64,000 nt of DNA. It comes from Mobula hypostoma (lineage: Eukaryota). How positions within the stretch are numbered: position 1 is the stretch's first letter; each line of letters opens with the position of its first letter. Location: assembly GCF_963921235.1 (NCBI RefSeq), contig NC_086097.1:206028001-206092000 (forward strand). The letters run 5' to 3'. Below are positions 35,903 to 49,331 of the stretch, piece after piece. The notes beneath the pieces were generated by a model. That model saw only the letters and a program-made list of their open reading frames with translations. It was not told where the DNA came from and ran no database searches. The translations under genes were made by a program, and so were the position numbers.

Positions 35903-38569
35903 ACAAGCGTATTGACTGATACTTGCCGAAATTACCACCCATGTCCCAGAAAATTAACTCAACAACAAAATTCACAGGGAAGGTGTGTGACCTCTATAAC
36001 GTGGCTAGATACCAATACATAGATAATTTGTCCTTTGAATTAAATGTTCAAATTTACAGCCATCTGGCATTATAACACTGAGCAAACTACCAATGGTTCT
36101 ATTGTCATTATTTTATTGCTAGAAGAATTAGCAGTCAATCCTTTAATGGACAATTGTATTTGGACAACTTTGACTCTCATTTTGCTGCTAAACTGAAAGT
36201 CAACACTAACTGTTTTTATTTATTAATTTCAACCTCAAATTGGATTGTATATGATTGCCATGTTGTTTTATAAAATTGTTACATTTAGTGCTTTGTAAGT
36301 ACTATAATTGAGGACTGAAAACAAATACTTAACTTAGTTGGACTGGTCAGTATAGGGGCTATTCAATGAACTGCGTCAGATACCATTCATTCCCTATGGA
36401 ACTGTGTGGCTTCTTCTTCCTTTTTAGGTGTGATAACAATATTTTCACTAGAACACAACTAGTATTATGCATCTTTGTGCTGGTATGTTATCTCTTGATG
36501 GAACCTGGCCATCCAATAGCCTGCCACACATAGTGAATAAGCACAGATTTCAGCAATTAGGCTCACGTTTGATCCAAAGGCTCTATGAATTCCTTCTCAA
36601 CCCTTCCCCCAGAAGCGAATTCTGTAACTTAGGATACAGAATGTATGCTGCTTCTCTCCAAACAAAGCAAAGACAAAGAACTGCCAAAGGTTTTAAAACC
36701 TAGTCAGATATATGCAGTGGCATAACTTGACCCCAAAATTATTATCATTGCATACTTCTCTTGGAGAAATAATCAATATTTCCAGTGAGCAGTATTAATA
36801 AAGACAGCCCTACATGATTGTATTCCAAGGTATTAGATTTTTATTTTGCTTTTAACTGGAGAGGCATAAAAGGGGTGGGAATAGGAATAGAAATGTATGC
36901 TTTTCATTTGCACAAAATGGCCAAAATAATAGTTGTTGCCTGTTGCGATTTCTCTCCACAACGTGTTTCCTTTGATTTCAGTAAAATTGAATTTCAGAAA
37001 CCAGTGACATTAAATTTCAACTCAGAGAGTGCAGTAGTGGCAATTGTAAAAAGAAAGGCAAAGTCAATCAGAGGAGATGGTTGTGCGGTCATCAAAACTT
37101 TTTAATTCAGCTAAGAAAAGCTTTGAAAACATATCAATAACTTCAAGAGGAGATTTAATGAGGAGAATGGGATAAGAATGGCTTAAGAGGAAATGATTCT
37201 TGAGACGTGCTTACAAATTCAAGTTGAACAGAAAAACAGGTTTCAATATATCATCAGAATTTAAAAGATGAAATTGATTTTATGAGACAATTCTTAATGT
37301 TAACATATTTGAGAATATGTTGTAATGAAATGGCCCAATTCATTCCATTTGACTCATTTTGTTTAACTTGACACATCAAATATGGAGAAAGATACAATTT
37401 TTGTCAATACATCTTAGCAAGAATGCTGTCTTTTGCCAGAGTCTGGAAGTACACCTGCATTCCTTATATTGATTGTACAAATACTCCATTCATTTCCTTT
37501 CTCTGTAAATGATGATACTGAGCTTGATTCAGTCATTTGAGCCAAGTGGATTAAATGAAATGATGACATTTAAATGATGAAGTCAAAATTAAAAATATTT
37601 CTTTCACCAAGAGTGTTAACAAATTTCTCTGCACTGATACTATTCTACCCATCAGTTTCCTCTGAAAGTTATTGGGCTGCAGGCTTTTACAAAATTAAAT
37701 TCACTGGAAGGGCAACAAAAGTTTTATGTTTGTGCCTTATCAGAACAAAGGCCATGTCCAAGGAGTAAAAGCAATTCTGTCAGAGAATGTGAGGCGCGGT
37801 GGCAGGTAGGAAATGCTTTCAACAGAGCTTCCAGGCAATCAGCTCAGAGTAACAGAAGGTACAAGCCAGAAAATATCATAAGCAATTAACAGGAGATGAT
37901 CGGAGATGATGTCAGAAAACCCGGAGCTTAGTTTCATCCAATAAAAGGAATGCCTTCTACCATGCTGAATTCTAAAGCACTTTTGATTGTTACAATTGCC
38001 TACACATTGTTACATTTTTTGCTTGCCATAAATGCTTATGAACACCAATATATTGGCACCACAAATATATTCCATAGAATTATTTATTTATTCCTATCTT
38101 TTCATTTATTTAAGTTAAAACACTATGTTCAGTATATGTTATTATGTGATTATAGAAAGGTCATTACACCCAACTTGAGTGTGAGTATCACCAAACAGCA
38201 TGATAATTGGAATCCCTGATCTCATCTACTTTGCTGAAGTAGACACTATACAGCAAAAGAAAAACCTCCTGCTGGAAGATAACTCTCCAAGGGAGTGCAA
38301 AGAGCTTTGAACACTAGAGTCCACAGAAACTACAAATGGAAGGGAAGAAGAATGATGGACCTCAGCCTATGATTCATAAAAAAATTATTCTTTCTCTTTT
38401 ATTTCATCTTGTTTTAAGACCATAAGACCATAAGACATAGGAGCAGAAAATATTATGTTATAGAAGATATTAAGCCCTTCATACCTATGCAATCTCCCAG
38501 AGCCTCCCAATCAGGTCTATTCTCCCATTTATTTCCTTGTTACCCATTTTCTCTCTCAACATGCCATCC

Positions 38570-38965
38570 AGTAGCCAATTCAGCTTTGAGCACATTTTTA
38601 GGATGTGGGGAAGAAAACAGAAACCCTCCAGGGAAAATTGACACATTTACAGGTATTTGCACATTCTGTGCAAACTCCACATGGACTCCTGGTCTCTGGT
38701 GATGTCTGTGTGGAGATTTCATGTACTCCCTATGACTGCGTAAAGTTCTCCTGAGTTCTCTCAGGTTTCCCCTCACATTCTAAAAATGCGCTGGTTGGTA
38801 GGTTAATTGACCACTGTCATTTCCCTAAGTCTAGGCTGGTGGCAAGAGAGGCTCAGGGGATTTAATGTTGTTTAGAAAAATAGGGGACAATGAGAAAGGG
38901 GTAGATGGGATTGCTCTGAAAGCAGCCATGAACTTGATTGGCTGAATAGCCTCATTTTATGCTAT
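38570..38965. mobile_element. Two adjacent, oppositely oriented V-SINE fragments
   Basis: Minus-oriented core at ~38590-38690 (GGATGTGGGGAAGAAAAC...CAAACTCCACA). Plus-oriented core from ~38705 (TGTGTGGAGATTTCATGTACTCCCTATGACTGCGT). Confidence 0.55.
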
Positions 38966-41079
38966 AAGGAAACATGCGAATATCCATCATTTTTGTTGGT
39001 TAACAAAATTAGGCACCACAGATCCTTTCCCTCAGCCCATGTTTTTAAATAGATGATTTTTGATAATTAAATGTATTTAAGTATATATAAAACACAGTTA
39101 ATTAAATGTATCAAATATTCTTAATAATACAAGCAGACACTTCAATAAAATATCAAAGAAATCGCTGCTTTATCAAAGTTTACAGTTAAATTTAAGTGTT
39201 ATTGAGCATAAAATAATTGTTATATCAGGAGTACAACTGCAAATCAATAAATATTGAACTACTAACACAAAACCTATCCACATTATACCAAATTAAAAAT
39301 ATATTGATGGCTTTAATTTGACTGTTACTCTTTGACAGGCAAAACATATTGTGACCTATAGTTAATATTGTGTAATACCCCTAACATGAAATAATAACCT
39401 AATAAAAAATAAAATTAAACAAGAAAATTGTACTTCTTATTTCATACTTGAAACTAATAACATAATACCTATTTTCATTCTGCAAAGTTACAATCAATTC
39501 ATCATTCATTTGGAAAACAGATGTCTTTTTAATTCTTTGCTTTTTACTATGAACCAGAACCAATTAGCACCATCTGGAAATATGGAAAATTACTCAACTT
39601 TTCTGGAATAATTACATTCCACTTTTTAAAAAGGATGCATTTGTTTTGCTCTCTGGAGTATAACTGGCTAAATATAAAACCTTGCAGATTCTCAAAGTAG
39701 CAGCTGTTTATTGAAATTCAGGTGTTCATAGGGTTTCCCCCCCACTGAAATTCCTTCCCCCTATTCTCTGTAACCCTGCCCATATTTGGAATCCATTTCA
39801 ATGTGAAGAGATGTTTAATGTACTGTACATGCATTCCTATTGCTTGGAAAAAAGGAAAGGATAAATTAATTCTAACCTCCTTTCTCACCAGAGTTCAATG
39901 TGGTATTAGACTTTAATAGAATGAAACTAGGTATTTTAGCTGTATTGTGTTTATCCTGCTCATTGCTATATGATCACTAACACCATATTAACTCTATACT
40001 GTCCCATGGGTCAAATTAGGCTGTAAATCTTCCTGCTATGGCTGTCTCACTAACCAGTGATTAGGAACTATACAGTAACTCATGACCGGTCTTAAAGCAC
40101 AGCCAGATATTTTCTCCTTTTCAGCAATTTCTGATAATCAGACATTTCAAAATATTTGCAATAGATATAAATAATTTAAAATGCTTATTATAATTAAAAT
40201 AAATAAAAGACAGTGGATGAATTTAAAGTATATTTAATTAAAATAATGTGAATACACTAACATTAAACATAAAGGAAAAACTACTTATCTTTGCTGATCT
40301 TTTCATCCAGATTGAGGATCATTCAAGCTAATAGGATTGTACGATACATCCCAGCAATGGCTGGCATAAACCCAAGTACAAAGTGTGCTAGGCCCCTCAT
40401 CTGAGGAAGTTAGGGTTTTAATCTTGGACTCAGTGCTGTGTCCAGTAACGCAGCTGACCGCAAATACATTCCTGACATCTGTGCTGCTTTGTGCAGGCAC
40501 AGAGGTCAAGATGATTAAACCTCAAAGAGGTCAATCCGAACTACTGAAACAGCTAAATGTTTTACAGACCAGTTTCTCAAAGATGGCATTAGTGACAACT
40601 CATCAAATTCACTTCATTTCTGCTCCAATCCCAAACAACATTAACTACCAAATATCTTACTAAACTGTAGCATGACTCAAAGATTAATTCAAAGTCTGAT
40701 TGTAAAAACCATCTTTTATAATTATAATTTTACATGCACTAACATACATTCATGCTGTCTTCATGACACGCAGACTACTAAGCATTTTATGAACACAAGA
40801 ACAAAGCAAAGTTAGTTTTTACTGTGAGCTTTAGCAATATTAGCTACACACTTTTCTATAAAAACAAATAGGAGATCTTGATCCAAAGGAACAGACCACG
40901 TTTAACTCTGCGACCGATGCCTCAAGCCAATCTAACATTTAATTAACTTGCCATGTATTGTACAGTATATTCCACCAAAAAAAAATTGTCTTTGCGAATG
41001 GCTAAAGAAACTTCTCATTTGTATGGCTGACTACAGTAAATGTTTTTAGAGCTTTTTCCTGGCTCCAGACCTTACCATA

Positions 41080-41325
41080 ATTTTACTCTCCCTGCATTTC
41101 CACCAACTTCTCTCCACTCTCTCTCTCCCCAGATTCTAACAGTCACCTATATACAGGAGTGATTTACAGTGGTCAGTTAACCTACCAACCTGCACATCTT
41201 TGAGACATGGGAGCAAACAGAAACACCTGAAGGAAATCCATCAGATCACAGAGGGAGCATGCAACAAAAGTCAGGATTGAACACAGGTTGCAGGAGCTAT
41301 GGGGCAGCTGTCTACTAGTTGTGTC
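41080..41325 (-). mobile_element. V-SINE, degraded
   Basis: TTAACCTACCAACCTGCACATCTTTGAGACATGGGAGCAAACAGAAACACCTGAAGGAAATCCA resembles a reverse-oriented V core. Confidence 0.55.
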
Positions 41326-43189
41326 ACTTTTCCTGATAATATTTCCAAAATTTGCATCTAAAGTTCAAATAGATTCTAAACTTGATTCCATTTTAGTAGT
41401 TCTGATTGTCTCTAAATGTCACAGGTATTTTAAAACTATAAAATTCACAATGCCTAACTTATTCATGGGCTTTAAGTTAAATCACCCGAAATACAATTGC
41501 CTAGCAATTGGACAGTCTATATTCGCAACTGATCATAAGCCTCAAAACATGCTAAACTCTTCTGTGCTCATCAGATCATTCTTATCATTTCCAGTTTGAA
41601 CAGGGACCATCAGAAGTTGGTACAGCAATATCTGTGCAATTCAGTTAAGCATATTTGATATTCTTCCAAGGTTGGAAACACATCTTCGTCTGTCACATTG
41701 TACCCATGCCCACATCTATTGACAAAACTTGGAAGGTAAAGCTGTGACCAACTATTTCTATTTCTACCTTACAATAAAACGTGAACTAAATCCACCATCA
41801 GATTAGCAAGGAGATGTGACTGAATGTCCCTCTATTCCCAATAACATACTGCTCTCGGCATTTGTCATCCTCAGCTATTGCACTTCAACAAGCTCCCAGC
41901 TCCCACCCAGAGGAGCATTTATAGCAGTCTTTCCATGCAATACATTGTATGGTTACCTGTCGTATCAGGGTGACGAACTTCCCTGGCAATTATTTTAACC
42001 AGACATTCTTTTTTGAAAATGTTTTTGTGGTTCATTTGACAGGCTGCTGGTGCTACACATAGTTAGTACACCAAAAGAAATGGTGAGTTTAAAATTCTTG
42101 GGAAAGGTGTATCTTTACAATGCAACTCCAGAGCACAATATATAAGTGAGATTAATATTCTCATCGGAAAACTTGTCTCTCCTCACATTCCAATGGGATT
42201 TTCATTTTCCATGGTACATTTTTATTGTATAAAATTTCCCCAAATTACATCACAGAGGCGTAGCCATGAAAATTCCTCTATAGTGAGCTTTTCAGTTTAC
42301 AATTTGGAAGATGATTGTTGTTATTAACTTGCAGAACAATGAGCTTATCCAGACATTGGTATCTGATCTGACAGTTACACTGTATGCCTTGTCCTCAATT
42401 AGAACACAAACATCAGAACATAAGAATTAGGAACAAGAGATGAACATTTGGCCTTTTCTAAACTCCTCCATCATTTATGGACTATCTTCCCTCACAACTA
42501 CCTCAGAGTATTAGGCAATAGGCTGACGGTCCTGGAGGGTCTGCCTGCATTAGGACCATGCCCGTATGAAATCTGATCTTCACCAGCTATCTGAGCTCAT
42601 GTGAGCACTTTTCCTCAAACCTCCAAGCCATTTTTTTGTTCAGTTGCCACTCGTCATATAACTGGAAGTGTGATATAGAAGTTCCTTTAAGTACGGCCTG
42701 GAATGGTTGGATCTGGGTTACAACAGTAAGAAGTTAGAGGAGATTAACACAGAACACTGGCCTGACACCAACAACGTCATTTTGCAAGTTTCCAGGAAAG
42801 CACAACAAAGCTATTCTATCACATTTTGTACATTTGTGGTTCTCATTCTAAACATGATTTTCCCAAACAATGTGTCAGTGACTCACAATCTTGTATTAAA
42901 ATACAATCTTGCAAAAAACTGCATAGAGCCACCCCTGGACCAGAAATAGTTTTTTTTCCTCTCTAATTCATAGGAAAAACAATTCAGAATTCCAACATAT
43001 TGATGGATGGATCCTGATGTCTTTTGTAAATATTTAAAGTTAAATACATTTAAAGGAAATAACGAGGAATATTTATTAACTGTTTGAAATAGGTAATTGT
43101 TTTATTTAATTTTATATCTCAAACCCAAGGTGTTATTTTCTTGCTGAGTAATCTATAGCACCATGTTTAGAGTGAGAACCACAAATATA

Positions 43190-44652
43190 TCTGCACGCAT
43201 GCTGAGCTCGTTGACTTCATTAACTTTGCCTCCAACTTTCACCCTGCCCTCAAATTTACCTGGTCCATTTCCAACACCTCCCTTCCCTTTCTTGACCTTC
43301 CTGTCTATCTCTGGAGACAGCTTATCTACTGATGTCTACTATAAGCCCACAGACTCTCACAGCTACCTGGACTATTCCTCTTCCCACCCTGTCACTTGCA
43401 AAAATGCCATCCCTTCTCGCAATTCCTCCATCTCCACCGCATCTGCTCTCAGGATGAGGCTTTTCATTCCAGGACGGAATAGATGTCCTCCTTTTTTACA
43501 GAAAGGGGCTTCCCTTCCTCCACCATTAACTCTGCCTTCAAACGCATTTCTCCCATTTCACGCACTTCTGCTCTCATCCCATCCCCCGCCACCTCACTAG
43601 GAATAGTGTTCCCCTTGTCCTCACCTACCACTCCACCGGCTTCCGGGTCCAACATATTATTCTCCGTAACTTCTGCCACCTCCAACGGGATCCCACCACT
43701 AAGCACATCTTTCCCTCTTCCCCCCCGCCCCCACTTTCTGCAGGGATCGCTCCCTACACAACTCCCTTGCCCATTCCTCCCCCCCATCCCTTCATACCAA
43801 TTTTTCTCCCGGCACTTATCCTTGCAAGTGGAACAAGTGCTACACATGCCCTTACACTTCCTCCCTTACCACTATTCAGGGCCCCAGACAGTCCTTCCAG
43901 GTGAGGTGACACTTCACCTGTGAGTCGGCTGGGGTGATATACTGCGTCCGGTGCTCCCGATGCGGCTTTCTATATATTGGCGAGACCCGACACAGACTGA
44001 GAGACCATTTCACTAAACACCTACACTCTGTCCACCAGAAGAAGCAGGATCTCCCAGTGGCCACACATTTTAATTCCACATCCCATTCCCATTCTGACAC
44101 GTCTATCCATGGCCTCCTCTACTGTCAAGATGAAGCCACACAGGTTGGAGGAACAACACCTTATATTCCATCTGGGTAGCCTCCAACCTGATGGCATGAA
44201 CACTGATTTCTCTAACCTCTGCTAGTGCCCCTCCTCCCCTTATCCCATCCCCTATTTTATTTATTCATTCTTTTATTATTTCCCCCCCCCCTTTTCTCTC
44301 TTCTTTCCTTCTCACAATCACTCCTTGCCTGCTCTCCATCTTCCTCTGGTGCTCCCCTCCCCTTTCTTTCTCCCGTGTCTCCAGCTTTGTTTCCCTTTAG
44401 CCAATCTACTTCCCAGCTCTTAGCTCCATCCCTCCCCCTCCTGTCTTCTCCTATCATTTTGGATCTCCCCCTCCCCCACCCTCTTTCAAATCTCTTACTA
44501 TTTTTTCTTTCAGTTAGTCCTGACGACGGGTCTCGGCCCGAAACGTCAACTGTACCTCTTCCTATAGGTGCTACCTGGCCTGTTGTGATCTACCAGCATT
44601 TTGTGTTTGTTGCTTGAATTTCCAGCATCTGCAGATTTTCTTGTGTTTGTGT
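43190..44652 (+). mobile_element. Penelope-like retroelement 3' half (RT C-terminus, GIY-YIG, pyrimidine tract, pseudo-LTR)
   Basis: VYYKPTDSHSYLDYSSSHP, and ORF 43934-44179 IYCVRCSRCGFLYIGETRHRL (GIY-YIG). Same family as 18488-21220. Confidence 0.92.
44515..44552 (+). ncRNA. Minimal hammerhead ribozyme motif in the Penelope pseudo-LTR
   Basis: TAGTC-CTGACGA-C-GGGT(CTCG)GCCC-GAAA-CGTC-AACTG. Core and GUC triplet are intact, with one mismatch at the base of stem I. Confidence 0.6.
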
Positions 44653-44711
44653 TTTTAAAATGTATCTATAACCCAGTTCAAATCCATTTCAGTGCCCTGA
44701 GGAAGTGGAAA

Positions 44712-44808
44712 GCCCAGTCCTGCCAAAAGGTTTCGGCCTGAAACGTTGAATGTACCCTTTCCATAGGTGCTAACTGGCCTACTGAGTTCCTCCAGCATTT
44801 TGTGTGAG
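44712..44808 (+). repeat. Partial second copy of the Penelope pseudo-LTR
   Basis: CAGTCCTG...GGCCTGAAACGTTGAATGTACC...GAGTTCCTCCAGCATTTTGTG repeats ~44515-44605 with a degenerate core. Confidence 0.7.
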
Positions 44809-45407
44809 AGCTTTGATCTTTGTTTGAGTTTAGAATGAAGTATCAGCTGGTAGAAGGCAAGCACACTGAAAAAGACTTGTCAGGATTAGTATTAGGCCCA
44901 TTTTACAAAACAACCTCCCTCCCTACTATAAGAGAGTTGAGTTAGAAGAACAGATGTGCTTGGAAGTGAATTTTTTAATGACAAAATTGGGTTGTTCCTT
45001 TATATGTTGGGATGCATCCTTAAGCCATGATGCTCAGTGTAAAGGGATCCTTGAGGGCATCACTGCATACTAAAGTAATTCCAGCTGAAGAATTTATAGC
45101 ATTGCTATTTACTGGTTGCACAGGTTTTGCAGGATAAATCAAAGGATTAAATCATGATTATGCTTGAACTTCATCATCTTGTATTGTACTTGTGCCCACC
45201 TTGTGGCCTCAGCTATACTTCAGAAAGAGAAAGGCTGTAACCTGAAAGGGAATTTTCCTCATCAAATGTGCTATTCAGGAATGAATGATTAATCTTACCT
45301 ATATAGGAAACAAAAGGAAATGATGGGCTCTTTAACCACATTGCAATCATTATTATTTCAAGGCAACATTGATCAGAGATAGTAAAACCTTGAGCCATTT
45401 TAAAAAA

Positions 45408-45622
45408 GAAGGTGGTGAATCTGTGAAAGTCATTACCAAGGATGGCTGTGGTGGCCAAGTCACTGGGTATATTTGAAGTGAAGGTTGATAGATTCTTGAT
45501 TAGTAAGGGGTGTTACAGGCAGAAAGCAAGAGATTGGAGTTGAGAGGGAAAATAAATCAGCCATGATTAAATAGATTCAATGGGCCAAATGGAATAATAC
45601 TGCTCCTAGGCCTTATGGTCTT
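45408..45622 (+). mobile_element. CR1 3' end fragment
   Basis: GGTGGTGAATCTGTG...GGTTGATAGATTCTTGATTAGTAAGGG...CTTATGGTCTT. Confidence 0.75.
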
Positions 45623-46679
45623 CTAAAGGGATACTGAAAAATAAGTATAATTTTGGTATTGGGTACAATTTTAGAAGATGCTAATAGCAACATGTCTAAA
45701 TTGGTATTATAGGAATACAAAATGAAATTGTTCCAAATTAACAACAATGCCAAATCAGAAGAATTATTGTATCTTATTTACAAATGTTAGTATTATGCAC
45801 TTGACATAAACCGGGACAGCTTGACATATTTAATTCTTCATGTTGTCTACAGCCAGTCCTGCCTAGAACACTGAAATGGTGCCAACGGCAGAAAAATGAA
45901 ATAGGTTCCTTTGCACCACATTATGTTTCATGGATTTTGTGTGTTTCTAGAATTTCATTTCCAGATTGAAACTGTTTTGAATGGTCTAAGCAATAGAGTT
46001 CCTCCTGCACTCAAAATGCTAATAGTGATGGTTGCAACACCAGCTCTGGATAAACCTGTGTTAATGTGTTTGCATCATTCTTTATCAAATCAGTTGTTCA
46101 TTAGTTTCCTGTATTAGCATTGGGCACATATGTATTGATGGCTGAGCTGCAAGCCTGCATAAAACAATGTCAAATTCAACTTTGGTAACATCAATTTACC
46201 TGCCTCAGTCCTAAAGATCAGAAAATTATGTTGACAGCTCAAATTTAATTGTGTATAACAAGTCAGCATCGTTGCCATTCTGCAAATGATTTGCACAGTT
46301 TAAAGGCTTTTCAGAGGATCTTGGCTCACATGTATAGTCAGTTCAAATATACTAATTGTTATCTTGTTTATGCTAAATCAGAGGAATAGCTTTGGTGCAG
46401 ATAACAGCCGTATGCTGATTCACGTGCAGGCAAATGCTGTTTCAAAAGAAATTTCAGCATAGACTGACTACAGTTGTGAATCTAAAACAGAGTGCCTCTC
46501 ACTCTGGAAACCTGAAATAAAGCCAGACAATACTATAAATACTGAGCAGACTTACAACATGTTTAGGAAGAGCCGATGTTACCAATGAATGACTTTCCCT
46601 CAGAAGCTATTTCAGGTAAGATCATACTGAATCTATATTTTCTTCTAACCAATGCAGCTTTGTTCAGCTGCATACTTAC

Positions 46680-47920
46680 AGTCACAGACTTGTTCAGCAG
46701 AAAAACAAGCCCTCTGTGCTACGCCATCTATGCAAACCATCTTACCTATTTGTCCTAATTCCACTTATTGCATTAAATCCATCTCTTTCTCTGAATCTGT
46801 GAATTGCTCATTCAAGTACCTGTCCTGATGCCTCTTAACTTTCACTGTTCCTGCCCCACCACATCCTCCTGCAATTCATTCCAGATACCAAATCTGTGTG
46901 AAAAACTCACCCATGAAATGCCCTTCAAAACTCTTCCCTCTCACTTTAGACCCATGTCCTCGAGCTTTAGAATACCCTACCCTGGGAAATGCAGCTACCT
47001 GCTCTATGCCTCTCATTGTTCTCTATTTCTGTATCATGTCATCTCTCCCTCACCTTCACTCCAGGGAAACTGACCCTGCCTATCCAATCTCTCCTTAGGA
47101 CTCAAGCCCTCCAATCCAGGCAACATTTTAGTGAATCTTTTCTGCACCCTCTTTTAACTAAGTCATATGTAATATGGAAACCAGAACTGCACAATATGCT
47201 TCAAATGAAGCCTTAGCATTGTTCCATACATCATTGCTGTATCACAATCCAATGTGCCGATCCATGCACTAAGTTCATCTACCATATCTGTCAGGCGTTT
47301 TGTACTAAAATAAATGCACATTACCCTACCAGAGATTCCACACTCTCTCTACTAGCTCTGCCAGGCCTACCTACTGAACATTTAATTTAACCTTTATATT
47401 TGCTTCATTGCTCTCATCTGATAGATGACTATTTTGGGTCTCACTCTCCTGCCACCCTAGTTAAAACACTCTTAAGTGGCATTAGCAAACCTCTCCTCAA
47501 GAATATCGGACCCCATTTGTATAGATCAACTCCGCTGGAGAAACAATCCCAATAGTCCAATTTGTTAATATGCACTACTGTCCTATTTCTACACTTGCTA
47601 CAACCCTAGAGCTCCTGCTCTTCAACCTTCAGCCTAACTCCTTATTTTCCCTTTGCAAGACATCCTCTCTCTTCTGGACTGTGTTGTTGATACCATTTTG
47701 GACCATGGCTGTTCATTCTCCCCTTTGTCTTCTGTCCAATCAGAAAGGTCCATGGCCCTGACACCAGGTTGGCAACACACCATCTTGGACACTTGCCTGA
47801 GGCTACAGAAACACTTGTCTAAGCCCCTAATTATAGAGTCCTCTTTCATTACTTCTTGCCTAGACTATGACCTACCTGACTGTTCTACAGAGTCAGCTGT
47901 GGTGACACTGATCTGACTGC
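46680..47920 (-). mobile_element. Degraded CR1 fragments (3' end ~46680-47220; ORF1 esterase region ~47450-47920)
   Basis: Minus ORF 47634-47849 (EDSIIRGLDKCFC...MVCCQPG) resembles ORF1 GDSIVRGSDRRFC...CLPG. Confidence 0.6.
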
Positions 47921-48470
47921 TATGTATCAGGTTGTTTATAACTGTAACACTTCTATTCCTGCAATGGCATGGATGGCATGCTAGAAAAGTAAGCAAAAAT
48001 AGATTGGAATTAACTATCACGATACTTGTTTAAATACTTCTGTTAATAGGTTCTGATTAATTACTCAGACAAGGAGAAGCAACAGATCAGATAATCTCTG
48101 AGAGGAATAGCATTCCTTTTCTGCATTTTTCCGTGGCACATTGGAGTTTCCTAGCAAGCCTAGCATTTGCTGCTACCCAGAATTATACTTGAGCTGAGAA
48201 GCTTGTTAGGACATTTCAAAGAGAGTTGAGAGTTAACCACATTACTCTAAACATAAACAGGGAATTATATGCCACAGTTATGGGCTGTCATATGGACTCT
48301 TAAAGACTTTTGGCTATAAGCTCCAGTACATCCTAGATGGAGTGTTAGCATGGTGAAGAAGCATTAGACTGATGGGCATTTTCACTTTTGCCCCACGTGC
48401 AACAATATTCAATTGTATCAAAGGCCTTGAAATCACTTTCCACTCTCAAAAATGAGCCAGCTGTTTCTCC

Positions 48471-49331
48471 TGTTACGTACCCCGTAACTGGGTTGCCAAA
48501 CCAGCAGAAATGGATCACTCGGTTGGAGTCTGGAGTACTAGAACTAAGAAAGTTTTATTAAAGAAACAAGCCACACAGTAATCGAAAGGATAATAAATGC
48601 AACAGTTCAGTGATGATAAACACACATGTGCACAGAAGTAAGATAACAGCATCAATCAAGCTCTATCGTTGTCTAGGGGTAAATGACCAATTTCAAAATG
48701 ACTCAAAGTTCAGTCCAGTTAGTAGTTCAGTTCGCAGTAATCATTGCCATGGCGATGGACAAGGTGGGGAAAGAGAGACAGAGAACAGGAACAACTGATC
48801 ATTCAGAACGGCTTCACTCACAGACCGGCGGGATGGCTCACAAGCAACTTTTGGGCGGGTCCTTGGTGATGTCACCTGAGGTCACCGACTGTGACCCCTC
48901 CTCCAGATGCGGTCGATCCTCTGCAGTGAACCCGGCACCCAGGCAAGGGCGGACACACACCGGGTTCCCGCTGATCGTACCTTTCCACCCTTGTCGTTGT
49001 CTGGTACTTCTCACCCACTCGTGAGAAGCGTACCGCTTCCAGAGTCTCGTTACCTCGGGTGGCGTGTGTGTCCTGCCTTAGCGAACCTGTCCCTTTTTAT
49101 CCCCCTGCTGGGGTATCGCCTGTCCATCACTTCAAACAGTTCAGGGTTCAAAGGGGGGGAGCCGCTCCAGACAGCTCTCTCTCCCACATCCCTTCATTAC
49201 ACATCTCCAGACGCTGTTCCATTGTTCCTTATCTCTCCTTCCCCTGAGGGCAGGTGGCAGACCAACTGCTGATGCCACTGATGCTAGCCCAGGCCAGCAA
49301 ACATCTTAATTTTATGTGTATTCTCGTAACA
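48471..49331 (-). mobile_element. Solo LTR (861 bp), probably Ty3/Gypsy type
   Basis: Inverted termini TGTTACG...CGTAACA. 4-bp TSD CTCC at 48467-48470 and 49332-49335. AATAAA on the minus strand near 48555. CpG-rich. Confidence 0.88.

Noticed and set aside
40290..40400. Possible minus-strand exon after TTCCTCAG|ATG
   Set aside because: The apparent donor reads ATAAGT rather than GTAAGT, and all frames stop.
36000..43100. Long, mostly repeat-poor AT-rich stretch that could hold conserved non-coding elements or exons
   Set aside because: No recognisable peptide or RNA motif. Conservation cannot be judged without multi-species alignment.
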